Counted from the first letter of the stretch, positions 45,489 to 55,746 are shown. The stretch is DNA of 64,000 bases from an uncultured Solirubrobacterales bacterium (GCA_903933815.1 CAIZLN010000035.1:2731-66730); one strand, 5' to 3'. Program-made: numbers and translations. The notes: generated by a model from the sequence alone, not told the origin.

Positions 45489-46408
45489 ATTCCGGGCTCT
45501 CCCGAGACCGTCAGGTTGCCCCGTTCCTGGAGCATCGTGCGGATGTGCTCCTCGTTCATGACTGCCGGCTTCGTCGTCTCGATGAAATTCCGCATCAGGT
45601 CGACGAAACGGTCAGGGTGGTCGTTGAACGGGAAGTGTCCGGCATCAGAGAACACCTCCAGCCGGCTGCCCGGGAGCATCTCCTTCGCCCGGTACGCATG
45701 CTCGAGCGGAATGATCCGGTCACCTTCGCCCCAGACAATCAGGGAAGGAATGTCCCCGGCGAGGTAGAGCCTGTCCTCGGCGCTGACCCGCTGGCCCTTT
45801 ATGTCGATGACCGATCGCACCGTGTTGAGGAACGCTCGTCGGGCATCAGCTTCCGTGAGCGAGGCGAATCCTTCACTTACCCCCTCGATGTCGGCATTGG
45901 GCTGGAGGCCGATCTTCGCGAGAAGGCCACGCAGCTTCAGGGCCCCATCGTGGAGCGTCGGGCTGAACATCACCGGCAGGACAAACTCGGCGCCGGGAAG
46001 GGCCGCCGCGCGCAGAAGAGGATTGACCTCAGGGCCGATACCGCCTGAATCGACCAGCACCAATCGGCCGACGCGCTCCGGGAACTGGTACGAGAACTGC
46101 AGGGCGATACCTCCGCCCAGCGAGTGACCGACGACGGTCGCCCTCGGCACCTCCAGCGCGACAAGCAGGTCACGAATTCCGCTGGCATATGCCCCCAGCG
46201 AGTAGTCACCCTGAGGCTTCGCGGACCTGCCGTGCCCGAGCAGGTCCGGCGCGATCACAGTGTAGTTCTCCGCGAGCCGGGGCATGACCCGTTTCCAGGT
46301 CCTCGAACTCGAGGTGATGCCATGAATCAGGAGGATGGGTGGACCTTCTCCCATCATGTGAAAAGTAACCGGCTGGCCGTGAATGCGGATCGTCTGGGGG
46401 GGAGTCAC
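45485..46408 (-). CDS. Alpha/beta hydrolase
   Basis: GEGPPILLIHGITSSSRTW, nucleophile elbow VVGHSLGGG, C-terminal AGHFPFNDHP. GTG 46408 is chosen; the 479-aa track ORF has a low-complexity N-terminus. Confidence 0.8.
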   Translation of the reverse strand: MTPPQTIRIHGQPVTFHMMGEGPPILLIHGITSSSRTWKRVMPRLAENYTVIAPDLLGHGRSAKPQGDYSLGAYASGIRDLLVALEVPRATVVGHSLGGGIALQFSYQFPERVGRLVLVDSGGIGPEVNPLLRAAALPGAEFVLPVMFSPTLHDGALKLRGLLAKIGLQPNADIEGVSEGFASLTEADARRAFLNTVRSVIDIKGQRVSAEDRLYLAGDIPSLIVWGEGDRIIPLEHAYRAKEMLPGSRLEVFSDAGHFPFNDHPDRFVDLMRNFIETTKPAVMNEEHIRTMLQERGNLTVSGEPGI

Positions 46409-46516
46409 AACTCCATTGTCGCACCGGGACGCCGGCAACTGTGTGCTCTCGCTCCACCGAAGGCCGGGCGACTCGTGCCGCGTTAGGATTCCGGCGGTGA
46501 AGGAATCAGAGCCAAG

Positions 46517-47152
46517 GTGAATCGCCTCCTCCGACTCCGGCGCGAGTCGATCGGGTTTGCGATCGGATCCGCGTTGTTTGGGCTTGGTGCCTGTCCGGGA
46601 TACCTGACGCTGGTGGGGGAGGACTGGACCAACGCCACCTTCTTTGTCGGCTCGGTCTTCTTCACGCTGGCCGCCTTCATTCAGCTCCGGCTGAGCGGTC
46701 GCTGGCGGGGGGGTGCCTGGAAGTCGAAGGAGGACTGGGATGACTGGTGGTCGGCTGCGATCCAGTTCATCGGCACGCTCTTCTTCAACCTGTCCACTTT
46801 CTCGGCCCTTGCCGAGAGCATCGGTGCCACGGCAGGACGGGTCTGGCTGCCCGACGCTTACGGCTCGGTCATGTTCCTTGTCAGCGGCGTCCTGGCAGTT
46901 TCTGCCACCCGGCATGCGGGGCACCTCTGGGACCCTGATGTGCGCAGCTGGTGGAGCACCTGGCTGAACCTTGCGGGTGCGGTCGCCTTCGGGGTCTCAG
47001 CCGCCGCGGCGTATGTAATTCCGCTGACCGGGGAGCCGATCAGCATCGAGTGGAGGAACCTGGGCACATTCATCGGCGCGCTCTGTTTCCTGGTCGCGGC
47101 CTTGCTGGTCAAGCCGCCTCGACAATCCCGAAATAGCAGCCAGAGGGGCTGA
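46517..47152 (+). CDS. Hypothetical 6-TM membrane protein (YrhK-like repeats?)
   Basis: 211-aa ORF with repeated G/F-rich helices (FFVGSVFFTLAAFIQL, IQFIGTLFFNLSTF, VMFLVSGVLAV, FIGALCFLVAAL). Confidence 0.5.
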   Translation: MNRLLRLRRESIGFAIGSALFGLGACPGYLTLVGEDWTNATFFVGSVFFTLAAFIQLRLSGRWRGGAWKSKEDWDDWWSAAIQFIGTLFFNLSTFSALAESIGATAGRVWLPDAYGSVMFLVSGVLAVSATRHAGHLWDPDVRSWWSTWLNLAGAVAFGVSAAAAYVIPLTGEPISIEWRNLGTFIGALCFLVAALLVKPPRQSRNSSQRG

Positions 47153-47153
47153 C

Positions 47154-48701
47154 CTACCAGGTGTCGATGAACGAGGGGCGCTCCTGCGGACGTGGATCTG
47201 ATCCCGCCCTTGAGATCGTCCCGGCAATAACCCGGCGCGTGTCGGCCGGATCGATCACATCATCGATCTCGAACAGAGTTGCAGCGTTGAGGGCGTTTGC
47301 GTTCAGGTGCGCCAGCTCGGTCAGCTCGCGGACCCGGCTCTCCCGTTCCTCGTCATCTTCGATTGCCTCGAGTTCCTTGCGGAGGCCCAGACGGACGGCT
47401 CCTTCCAGGCCCATCGGACCAAGTTCAGCACCGGCCCAGGCGACCGTAAGCAACGGTTCATGAAGACTGCCGGCCACCATTGCCTGAGCTCCGAGTCCGT
47501 AGCCGCGACGCAGTACTACCGCGACCATCGGCACAGTCAAGGCGGCCCCGGCAACGAGCATGCGGGAACAGTGCCTCACCAGACCGGTCCGCTCGGCCTC
47601 CGGGCCGACCATCATCCCCGGAGTGTCCACCAGTGAAACGATCGGAAGGCGAAAGCCTTCGCAAAGCTGCATGAATCTGGCCGCCTTGTCCGCTCCATTG
47701 CTTGTTATCGCACCGGCGAAGTGTGACGGATTGTTGGCTATCAACCCGACCCTTCGACCCTCTATTCGGGCCAGTGAAGTCACCATTTCAGGCGCAAAAC
47801 CGGGCCTGAGACGCGTCACGGAACCGGTATCGGCCAGCAGGTCCACGACCTGGTTGACGTCGTAGGCCCGTCTTCGACGTTCCGGGATGACCTCCCGCAG
47901 GAGCCTCTGGTCGGCGAAGTCATCCGCACCCGGATTCATGGCCGGACCGGAGAGGTGCCGCAGCAGCTCTGCCGCCCGGGAGACAGCTTCTGCCTCATCT
48001 CTCGCGAGTACATCGATCACGCCGTTGGCCACCTGGACCTCCGCCGGGCCAACCTCGTCAGGATCAACCCGGCCAAGCCCGCCACCCTCAATCATCGCCG
48101 GGCCTCCCATGCCTATCGAGCTGCCCTCGGTAGCGACGATCAGGTCGGCACAGCCCGCGATGACCGCATTTCCCGCGAAACACCGGCCGGCTACCACGGC
48201 GATTCTCGGTACCAGACCGGACAGCGATGCCCAGAGAGCGAAGGCGCGGGTGTCAAGTGCGGACACAACCGCGTGGTCGGTGTCTCCGGGTCTCCCGCCA
48301 CCACCTTCGGCGAAGAAGATCACCGGCAGGCGCATGCGTTCAATCAGCTCGAACAACCTGTCCTTCTTGCGGTGGCCGGTGTGACCCTGAGTGCCGGCAA
48401 GGACGGTGTAGTCGTATGAAAGGACTGCGCAGGCGATGCCGCCCACGGTCGCCGTTCCGGCGATGATGCCGTCGGCCGGCGTGTTCTCGATCAGGTCCTG
48501 GACTTCCCTGCGGCCCCGCTGTGCGGCTATCGCAAAGCGGCCGTATTCGACCAGGGAACCCGGGTCGATCAGATCCTCAATGTTTTCCCTGGCTGTTCGC
48601 CCACCGCGCTCGTGGCGGCGGGTCACCGCGTCCGGCCGGGCTTCATCCGTAGTCAGACGGGCACGTTCACCCAGTTGATCAAGATCGTTCGGGTCCATCA
48701 C
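47154..48701 (-). CDS. Acyl-CoA carboxylase carboxyltransferase (beta) subunit
   Basis: Two crotonase-like carboxyltransferase halves (VLSYDYTVLAGTQGHTGHRK...FFAEGGGGR; IANNPSHFAGAITSNGADKAARFMQLC...DTPG). 515 aa. Confidence 0.88.
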   Translation of the reverse strand: MMDPNDLDQLGERARLTTDEARPDAVTRRHERGGRTARENIEDLIDPGSLVEYGRFAIAAQRGRREVQDLIENTPADGIIAGTATVGGIACAVLSYDYTVLAGTQGHTGHRKKDRLFELIERMRLPVIFFAEGGGGRPGDTDHAVVSALDTRAFALWASLSGLVPRIAVVAGRCFAGNAVIAGCADLIVATEGSSIGMGGPAMIEGGGLGRVDPDEVGPAEVQVANGVIDVLARDEAEAVSRAAELLRHLSGPAMNPGADDFADQRLLREVIPERRRRAYDVNQVVDLLADTGSVTRLRPGFAPEMVTSLARIEGRRVGLIANNPSHFAGAITSNGADKAARFMQLCEGFRLPIVSLVDTPGMMVGPEAERTGLVRHCSRMLVAGAALTVPMVAVVLRRGYGLGAQAMVAGSLHEPLLTVAWAGAELGPMGLEGAVRLGLRKELEAIEDDEERESRVRELTELAHLNANALNAATLFEIDDVIDPADTRRVIAGTISRAGSDPRPQERPSFIDTW

Positions 48702-48843
48702 GAGATCGTAGCCGTGAAGGGCCTGTCCGGCCGATCGGGGTAGTCTCTCCTTTCAGATGGATCTTCACGGAACAGTGGATGGACGACGAACCCGGCTCTA
48801 ATCCCAAGCGCGCTCCGGTCCTGAGTCGGGGGGCGCTCCTCTG

Positions 48844-50199
48844 ATGGTCGAGCTCCTGCTCGTAATCATTTCTGTTGCGCTGATTCTTGCCTGCGGCGGT
48901 TTCGTCGCGGCCGAGTTCTCCTTCGTCACGGTCGACCGCTCGACGGTGGACCGCGAGGCTGAGGCCGGTGACAGGCGCGCAATCGGTGTGCGCTCCGCCC
49001 TGCGCAGGCTTTCAACCCACCTTTCAGCCGCGCAGATCGGGATCACGCTTACCAATCTGATGATCGGCTTTCTTGCTGAGCCGGCAATGTCCGGGCTCCT
49101 CGAGGGACCGCTGGGGGCAGTCGGGGTTTCCGAGGGCGCCGTGACCGGAGTCTCGCTCCTGATCGGTTTCATCATTGCCAACGGACTGACCATGGTCTTC
49201 GGTGAGCTTGTCCCGAAGAACCTTGCGATCACCCGTCCGTTCGAGACCGCCAAGGCGGTCCAGCCGTTCCAGCGCGGCTTCACCGCAGCCCTCGGTCCGG
49301 TGATCACCGGGTCGAACAATCTGGCAAACGCGATCCTCAGGAAGATGGGTATCGAGCCGCAGGAAGAGCTGGCTTCGGCACGGTCACCGGATGAACTCGC
49401 TTCGCTGGTCAGGCGATCAGCCGAGAAGGGGACGCTGGAGCTCAGGACCGCAACCCTGCTTGAGAAGTCACTCGACTTCGGGGAGCGCCGGGCGGATGAC
49501 GCGATGACCCCGCGGGTCAGGGTGACCACTCTCGCGCCTGATGACCCGGTGATGGCGGTAATCGAGGCCGCCCGCGAGAGCGGAAGGTCACGCTTCCCGG
49601 TCATAGCTGACGGTTCGGAGCAGGTGGAGGGCATCGTGCATGTCAAGCACGCGGTTTCGGTGCCGTACGAGCGACGCAATGAGGTTCCGGTCTCGGCGGT
49701 CATGGCTGAACCCGTTCTGGTCCCCTCTTCGATGGAGCTCGACCCGCTGCTGACGGAGCTCAGGAAGGTCGGTCTGCAGATCGCGATCGTGGTTGATGAG
49801 TTTGGAAGCTTCGACGGCATCGTCACCCTTGAGGACCTGGTGGAGGAGATCGTCGGTGAAGTCCGTGACGAGCACGATCCGCGTGAAGACCCCGTGCGTC
49901 CGATCGAGGACGGCGTCTGGGGGCTGTCGGGTCTGCTGAGACCGGACGAAATTGCCGACCGCACCGGGGTAAATCTGCCAGAGGATGAGGACTATGAGAC
50001 CGTGGCCGGCCTGATTGCCTTCGAACTGGGCCGCGTGCCGGAGCAGGGCGACACTGTCGATGTCAAGGCCGTGAGTGACAGGGGAGAAGCCCTTCGCGCA
50101 GGCCTGACCGTGCTCACCATGGACGAGCTGCGGGTCGACCGGGTCCGGCTGGAGATCGAGCCGGCTCACCCGGATGAAGAGTCGGGAGAGCACTCGTGA
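48844..50199 (+). CDS. CNNM/HlyC-CorC family protein (DUF21 + CBS pair + CorC_HlyC)
   Basis: GGFVAAEFSFVTV DUF21 start, GELVPKNLAI, CBS pair, VVDEFGSFDGIVTLEDLVEEIVGEV, C-terminal transporter-associated domain. Confidence 0.85.
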   Translation: MVELLLVIISVALILACGGFVAAEFSFVTVDRSTVDREAEAGDRRAIGVRSALRRLSTHLSAAQIGITLTNLMIGFLAEPAMSGLLEGPLGAVGVSEGAVTGVSLLIGFIIANGLTMVFGELVPKNLAITRPFETAKAVQPFQRGFTAALGPVITGSNNLANAILRKMGIEPQEELASARSPDELASLVRRSAEKGTLELRTATLLEKSLDFGERRADDAMTPRVRVTTLAPDDPVMAVIEAARESGRSRFPVIADGSEQVEGIVHVKHAVSVPYERRNEVPVSAVMAEPVLVPSSMELDPLLTELRKVGLQIAIVVDEFGSFDGIVTLEDLVEEIVGEVRDEHDPREDPVRPIEDGVWGLSGLLRPDEIADRTGVNLPEDEDYETVAGLIAFELGRVPEQGDTVDVKAVSDRGEALRAGLTVLTMDELRVDRVRLEIEPAHPDEESGEHS

Positions 50200-51239
50200 G
50201 CGCCTGGCTGGCCATTTCGCTCTCACTGATGCTGCTTGCCGCGAACGCCTTCTTCGTGGGTGCCGAGTTTGCCTTGATCTCGGCACGACGTTCCGTGATC
50301 GAGCCAAAAGCGGCGGAGGGCGGCAGGGTCGCCAGGATCACCCTTCACGCCATGGAGAACGTGTCCCTGATGATGGCCGGGGCCCAGCTCGGGATCACGC
50401 TGTGCACGCTCGGCCTCGGCGCACTGGCGAAACCGGCGCTCGCCCACGCGGTCGAGGGTCCGCTGGAGACGATTGGCGCCCCAGAGGCTCTCGTTTACCC
50501 GATCGCCTTCGCTTTCGCGCTGCTCGTAGTGGCATCGCTTCATGTTGTGCTTGGCGAAATGGTCCCCAAGAACATTGCGCTGGCAAGGCCTGACCGCTCG
50601 GCGCTCGCGCTCGCTCCCTCTCTGAGGATGGTGGTGACCATCCTCTATCCGGCCATCGCCTCGCTCAACTGGATCGCAAACAGCATTCTCAGGCTGATGG
50701 GAGTGGAACCAAAAAATGAGGTCGCCAGTGCCTTCACCCGGGACGAGGTTGCCGGACTTGTCGAAGAGTCCCGCCGGGAGGGGTTCCTCGATTCCCACGA
50801 AAGCAGCCTGCTGGCCGGCGCGCTCGGCTTCGAGGAGCGCACCGCAAGATCGGTCCTCCTTCCCGTCGGCACCATCGAGACCGTCCCGGTGACCGTTACT
50901 CCCGCCGAGGTCGAAGCGGTCGCAGCCAGAACCGGTTTCTCCCGCTTCCCTGTCTCCCGTGACGGCGAGATGGTCGGCTACCTGCACCTCAAGGATGCGC
51001 TCGAGTTCAAGGACCGGCATCGCAATCGCTCAATCGCTGAATCGTGGGTGAGGCCCCTGCCAACCGTCCTTGAATCCGACCTGCTCCGCTCCGTCCTCGA
51101 AACTATGCAGGCTTCCGGTGCCCATCTCGCGCAGGTCGCCGGTCCGGACGGTCGCACCACGGGCGTGGTCGCCCTCGAAGACGTTCTCGAAGAGCTGATC
51201 GGCGAGGTCCGCGATGCCACCAGGAGACAGACCACCTGA
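50196..51239 (+). CDS. CNNM family protein (DUF21 + CBS pair, no CorC_HlyC domain)
   Basis: GTGA overlap with the upstream paralogue. ANAFFVGAEFALIS, GEMVPKNIAL, VALEDVLEELIGEV. Confidence 0.8.
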   Translation: MSAWLAISLSLMLLAANAFFVGAEFALISARRSVIEPKAAEGGRVARITLHAMENVSLMMAGAQLGITLCTLGLGALAKPALAHAVEGPLETIGAPEALVYPIAFAFALLVVASLHVVLGEMVPKNIALARPDRSALALAPSLRMVVTILYPAIASLNWIANSILRLMGVEPKNEVASAFTRDEVAGLVEESRREGFLDSHESSLLAGALGFEERTARSVLLPVGTIETVPVTVTPAEVEAVAARTGFSRFPVSRDGEMVGYLHLKDALEFKDRHRNRSIAESWVRPLPTVLESDLLRSVLETMQASGAHLAQVAGPDGRTTGVVALEDVLEELIGEVRDATRRQTT

Positions 51240-51304
51240 GTGCTGCCCGGCGTGGCGGGACATCGGGGGCGGCCGGTCCTGATCCCTGCGTTCGTGAAAT
51301 CAGG

Positions 51305-52048
51305 TCACGGCTGCCGACCGCCAAATACGGCTGATCCGACCCTGACGATGGTTGCGCCTTCCTCGATCGCGACTTCCAGATCGCCGCTCATTCCCATGGA
51401 GAGCTCGTCCATCACCACTCCATCGAGGTTGAGCTGTCTCACCTGATCGCCCAGCTCACGCAACCTGCGCAGGCTGGGTCGGGCCAGCTCAACGTCTTCA
51501 GTGAACAGACCTATCGTCATCAGGCCCCTTATGCGCAATGAGTCCATCCGACTGACTTCGGTTGCGAAGTCGACCAGGGCCTCCGGCTCCAGCCCGAACT
51601 TGGAGTCCTCACCGGATGTATTGACCTGCAGCAGGACCTCGCGCGTCTCGCCTTCACGCTCGAGCTTCGCCTGAAGCTTCCTGGCCAACGACAGCCTGTC
51701 CAGCGACTGGATACAGGAGACGTACGGGACCAGCGCGTTGATCTTGTTCGACTGGAGGTGGCCGATGAAGTGACGCTCATAGTTCAGATCGGTCAGTGCT
51801 TCGTATTTTGGCCGGACCTCCTGGACCCTGTTCTCGGCCACCAGATTCGCGCCTGCTTCGATCGCAACGCGAACCCTTTGCGGGTCGACTGTCTTCGTAG
51901 CCAGCAGCAGCCTGACCGCAGCACGGTCCCGACCGGATGCGACGCAAGCGGTCTCGATCCTGCTCTCGACCGCGGCCAGCCTGGTCCGGATGGCCTCTGC
52001 ATCTGCCGGTGCGGGCCCGGGGGCGTTCCCGTCGCCGGGATCAGACAT
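51305..52048 (-). CDS. yggS: YggS-family PLP-binding protein
   Basis: LLLATKTV (PLP Lys), ENRVQE, HFIGHLQSNK, LSMGMSGDLEVAIEEGATIVRVGSAVFG. ATG 52048 overlaps the GH15 stop by 8 nt. Confidence 0.85.
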   Translation of the reverse strand: MSDPGDGNAPGPAPADAEAIRTRLAAVESRIETACVASGRDRAAVRLLLATKTVDPQRVRVAIEAGANLVAENRVQEVRPKYEALTDLNYERHFIGHLQSNKINALVPYVSCIQSLDRLSLARKLQAKLEREGETREVLLQVNTSGEDSKFGLEPEALVDFATEVSRMDSLRIRGLMTIGLFTEDVELARPSLRRLRELGDQVRQLNLDGVVMDELSMGMSGDLEVAIEEGATIVRVGSAVFGGRQP

Positions 52049-53930
52049 CCTGCTCCCGCATCTCCGAGAAGACCGCGGTCGCTTCGCCTGGTTCCGCATC
52101 CCGGCGTTCATCGGCAATCACATGCGAGACGGCATTGATCAACGCGAGGTGGGTGAATGCCTGGGGGAAGTTGCCGAGGTGCCGGTTGGTCTCCACATCC
52201 AGTTCCTCAGCGAACAGATCCAGTGCTCCCGCTGAGCTCAGCAGTCGCTCGCAGAGCTTCCGGGCCTCTGCAGCCTCACCGATCTCCGACAGAGCCGAGA
52301 CCATCCAGAAGGAGCAGATCAGGAATGTGCCTTCCCGTCCGTGGAGGCCGTCGTCGGTCTCACCGGTTATGTAGCGAAGGATCAGCCCCTGGTCATCGAG
52401 TCCGTCGCGGACCGCAAGCACGGTCTTGCGGATGCGCTCGTCGTCGTGTGGCAGGAACCGCACCAGCGGCATCAACAGGACGGAGGCGTCGAGGGCGTCG
52501 GTCTCGTAGTGCTGCCTGAAGACTCCGTCGCGACAGCCCTTTTCGCAGATTTCGTCCTTGATCCGCTCAGCCGTCTGCCTCAGGCGTGAGGCAGCTTCGG
52601 CATTGTCGAACTGCTCCGCCAGGCGCGCACCGCGATCCACCGCCACCCAGATCATCAGCTTGGAAGAGACGTAATGCTTGGGCTCCCCGCGGGCCTCCCA
52701 GATGCCCTGGTCCGGCATGGGCCAGGCGTCTATTGCCTCGTTTACAAGTCGGGTCACAAGCCCCCGCAACTCGTCGCTTACTCCCTGGCTGGAGATCGCG
52801 ATGCGGTTCACATAGATCGCGTCAAGCAGGGCACCCCAGACATCGTTTTGACGCTGGTCGAAGGCACCGTTTCCGATCCGGACCGGCCGCGCCCCCTCGT
52901 ATCCGCCAAGGTGATCGAGGGTGCTTTCGGTGAGGTCTTCTTCTCCGCCGATCCCGTACATGATCTGGAGGTTGCCATCTGATTCCACGGCGCGATCGCG
53001 CACGAACTTCAGGAAACCCTTTGCCTCTTCGTCGAAGCCGAGCGAGTGGAGAGACCACAGCGCAAAGGTGGAATCACGGATCCAGCTGTAGCGGTAGTCC
53101 CAATTGCGGATCCCACCCGGCGTCTCGGGTAGCGAAGTCGTCGCCGCCGCGAGCATTGCCCCGGTCGGGGCGTAGATCAGCCCCTTGAGCACCAGTACCG
53201 AGCGCTGGAGGTGGATCCTCCAGGGATGGTCGGGGAACTTGCCCTGGGCCAGCCATTCGCGCCAGGACTCGACTGTCTCCTCGATCCGCTCAGTGGCCTC
53301 CGGCGCACTGCGGGTTCGCGCGTCGAGTCCCTTTCCCCATGAAACCGAGCAGAAGCAGCTTTCTCCGCGCTTCAGGTGAATCTCACCTTCGGCCCGTCCC
53401 TGGCCGAGCTTCAGGTCCAGATCCGAATCGAGTGCGATCTTCATGCCGCCGGCTTCAGCCTTGGCTTCACCGAGCCCCCCTGCGGTCCAGACTGCCGCCT
53501 CGGCGCCATAGTTGAAGCGTGGCTCGCAACTCATGTCGATTGTCGCCTCGCCCTCGACGCAGGTTGCCACGCGCACCAGAGAGCGGTCGGCTTCGTAACG
53601 GACTCCCGACTCACCCGCGGCATCCTGGTCAATCCACTGGGCGATGCTCAGTGCGTCCCTGACGACGACCCAGCCCGAGTCGGTGGACCAGGTCGTCTCG
53701 ATTACCAGTGTCCCCGGTTCATACCGCCGGCTCAGTGGTGCGGCAACTCCGCGAGGGGCGAACCTGAACTTTCCGGCAGTGCGATCCAGCAGCGCTCCAA
53801 ATGTGCTCGGAGAATCGAACCTCGGCAGACAGAACCACTCGACCGATCCGTCGGGCGCCACCAGAGCCGAGGTGTTGCAGTCCGAAAGGAAGCCGTAGCT
53901 TCCGATCGGCGGAAATCCTGTCGAGGTCAG
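52041..53930 (-). CDS. Glycoside hydrolase family 15 (glucoamylase/trehalase-like), probable CTG start
   Basis: WDYRYSWIRDSTFALWSL and further GH15 (alpha/alpha)6 motifs. The conserved N-terminus FPPIGSYGFLSDCNTSALVAPDGSVEWFCLPRFDS extends 23 codons upstream of the first canonical start (GTG 53861), up to CTG 53930. Confidence 0.85.
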   Translation of the reverse strand: MTSTGFPPIGSYGFLSDCNTSALVAPDGSVEWFCLPRFDSPSTFGALLDRTAGKFRFAPRGVAAPLSRRYEPGTLVIETTWSTDSGWVVVRDALSIAQWIDQDAAGESGVRYEADRSLVRVATCVEGEATIDMSCEPRFNYGAEAAVWTAGGLGEAKAEAGGMKIALDSDLDLKLGQGRAEGEIHLKRGESCFCSVSWGKGLDARTRSAPEATERIEETVESWREWLAQGKFPDHPWRIHLQRSVLVLKGLIYAPTGAMLAAATTSLPETPGGIRNWDYRYSWIRDSTFALWSLHSLGFDEEAKGFLKFVRDRAVESDGNLQIMYGIGGEEDLTESTLDHLGGYEGARPVRIGNGAFDQRQNDVWGALLDAIYVNRIAISSQGVSDELRGLVTRLVNEAIDAWPMPDQGIWEARGEPKHYVSSKLMIWVAVDRGARLAEQFDNAEAASRLRQTAERIKDEICEKGCRDGVFRQHYETDALDASVLLMPLVRFLPHDDERIRKTVLAVRDGLDDQGLILRYITGETDDGLHGREGTFLICSFWMVSALSEIGEAAEARKLCERLLSSAGALDLFAEELDVETNRHLGNFPQAFTHLALINAVSHVIADERRDAEPGEATAVFSEMREQDV

Positions 53931-54427
53931 CCTGTGGCTCCTGCTTCGTATTCCTTGAGGAAACCTTCGAACAGGCGACGGTGACCCTGTTCGTCGGCGA
54001 GGATCGCGATGACCATGTCCTGGGTGACCGGGTCGACTCCGTCAGTTTCACTGATTATCCTGGTGTAGAACTCGATTGCGCCGCTTTCTGCCGCGATTAC
54101 ACCCTTGATTACATGGACGATGTCGGACTGGTTTACGGGCGGCTGCAGGAACGACTGTTCCGGGCTGAAATCCATCGAGCCGGGAACGACCCCGTAGAGC
54201 TCCTTTATCCGGCTGGCGAACTTCTGGGCGTGCAGCAGTTCTTCCTGGATGTCCTGCCTGAGGGACTGGATGATCTCCTGGGCCCGCACCCCGTCCGGGT
54301 TCGTCGAGTTGGCGATGTAGCTCATCACGGTCTCGATCTCCATCCAGTAGGCCTTGGTCAGCATCGCAACAATTTCCTCACGCTTCTCTGGATTGTCGCG
54401 GTCAAGTATGCCTTCGCCACTACTCAT
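53927..54427 (-). CDS. Ferritin-like four-helix-bundle protein
   Basis: AYWMEIETVMSY...QEELLHAQKF...AAESGAIEFY...ADEQGHRRL gives paired E/ExxH diiron-type motifs. Confidence 0.7.
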   Translation of the reverse strand: MSSGEGILDRDNPEKREEIVAMLTKAYWMEIETVMSYIANSTNPDGVRAQEIIQSLRQDIQEELLHAQKFASRIKELYGVVPGSMDFSPEQSFLQPPVNQSDIVHVIKGVIAAESGAIEFYTRIISETDGVDPVTQDMVIAILADEQGHRRLFEGFLKEYEAGATG

Positions 54428-54560
54428 TTTCGCTCCTTGGTTTCACGCTTCAGAGTCCTGGTCCGCAGATGTCCATGATCCCGGGCCGCCGGGTCAATCT
54501 ACCACCGGTGGCCATCGGGCCGGGAGGCTGACAGCAATCCGTCGGTAACCTCTGATTCCA

Positions 54561-55568
54561 GTGTTTTCGGAGATCCCCATGCCCCTGTTTGCGCCCCTTG
54601 CGGCGCTCAGTCCGACCGTGGTGGCCTTGCTCGAGCTGATCCCGCTGACCCTGGCGGTGATTCTTTACTGGAACCGGGCGATGAAGCTGTCGTGGGCCGG
54701 GCGCCCCGTCCCGGTCTGGCGACAGGTCTCTTTCGGCTTCGGACTCTTTCTCGCCTCGATTGTGCTTTTCAACCCGTTGGGCTACCTGGCCGAAGAGCTG
54801 GTTATTGCCCACATGATCGAGCACCTGATCATCGGGGATATAGCCAGTCTGTTTCTGGTCATGGGGCTGACCCGGTCGATCATCCAGCCGGTGCTTGCCG
54901 TTCCTTTCTTCGCCCGGCTCCAGTTCATCGCCAACCCGTTCGTCGCGATGCCTCTCTGGGCATTGAACCTCTACATCTGGCACATCCCGGTGCTCTACGA
55001 CTCCGCTTATGGAGGTGCTCTGGTTCACGGTCTTGAGCACGGCATGTTCCTCGGCTTCGGGATGCTGGTCTGGATGCCGGTTTTTGGTCCACTGCCCGTT
55101 CCTTCCTGGTTCGGGCCCGGTGCGAAGATCATCTATGTGGGCCTCGCCCGTTTCGCTGCGGCCATACTCGGCAACGTCCTGATGTGGAGTCAGGTGACGA
55201 TTTATCAAAACTATGCTGAAGGTCAGGCGAAGTGGGGACTGAGCGCCGTGGCCGACCAGAGCATTGCGGGCGTGATCATGATGATCGAGGGAACCTTCCT
55301 CCTGCTTGGTGTGCTCGCCTACACCTATTTCCAGCAAGCCAATCAGAGCATCCGCAAGCAGGAGCTGATGGATCTCGCCTACCTCGAGGGCTACAGCCTT
55401 GACGATGAGCGGGCCGAGCGTGCCGTCAGGTCCGGCCACGACGATCTCCTCGAGCAGAGGATCCGGGCTGGCGGAAAGCCCGGCATCGAGGTTTCGGAAA
55501 AGCCTGCTGGCGGCGCTGTGGCTGCACCGATCGCTGCGGATTCCGGGGCCGGAGCATCGCCGCCGTGA
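54561..55568 (+). CDS. ctaG: Cytochrome c oxidase assembly factor CtaG (Caa3_CtaG family membrane protein)
   Basis: 7-TM protein with AHMIEHLIIGD, LNLYIWHIPVLYD and HGLEHGMFL motifs typical of the family. Confidence 0.75.
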   Translation: MFSEIPMPLFAPLAALSPTVVALLELIPLTLAVILYWNRAMKLSWAGRPVPVWRQVSFGFGLFLASIVLFNPLGYLAEELVIAHMIEHLIIGDIASLFLVMGLTRSIIQPVLAVPFFARLQFIANPFVAMPLWALNLYIWHIPVLYDSAYGGALVHGLEHGMFLGFGMLVWMPVFGPLPVPSWFGPGAKIIYVGLARFAAAILGNVLMWSQVTIYQNYAEGQAKWGLSAVADQSIAGVIMMIEGTFLLLGVLAYTYFQQANQSIRKQELMDLAYLEGYSLDDERAERAVRSGHDDLLEQRIRAGGKPGIEVSEKPAGGAVAAPIAADSGAGASPP

Positions 55569-55746
55569 GCGGCGGTCCGACCAGGCCGGCACCCATCAGG
55601 CGGGCACCCTTTCGGGCCTGGCTTGCAACCGGCCCCGTCGGTCGCCTCACCGGCTTCGTCATCGAGCTGGTCATCGCCCTTCGGGCAGTCCGGCGTGAGC
55701 GGCGCTCACGCTGACTTCGACGCTGAATCGCTAGGGTCAGGCGACC

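Noticed and set aside
48798-49964. 388-aa minus-strand ORF opposite the CNNM gene
   Set aside because: The translation is a Ser/Arg/Thr-rich low-complexity sequence, and it is antisense to a gene with strong DUF21/CBS/CorC motifs.
54450-55592. 380-aa minus-strand ORF opposite ctaG
   Set aside because: It is antisense to a multi-TM gene with Caa3_CtaG motifs. The translation is Arg/Gly/Pro/His-rich with no domain.
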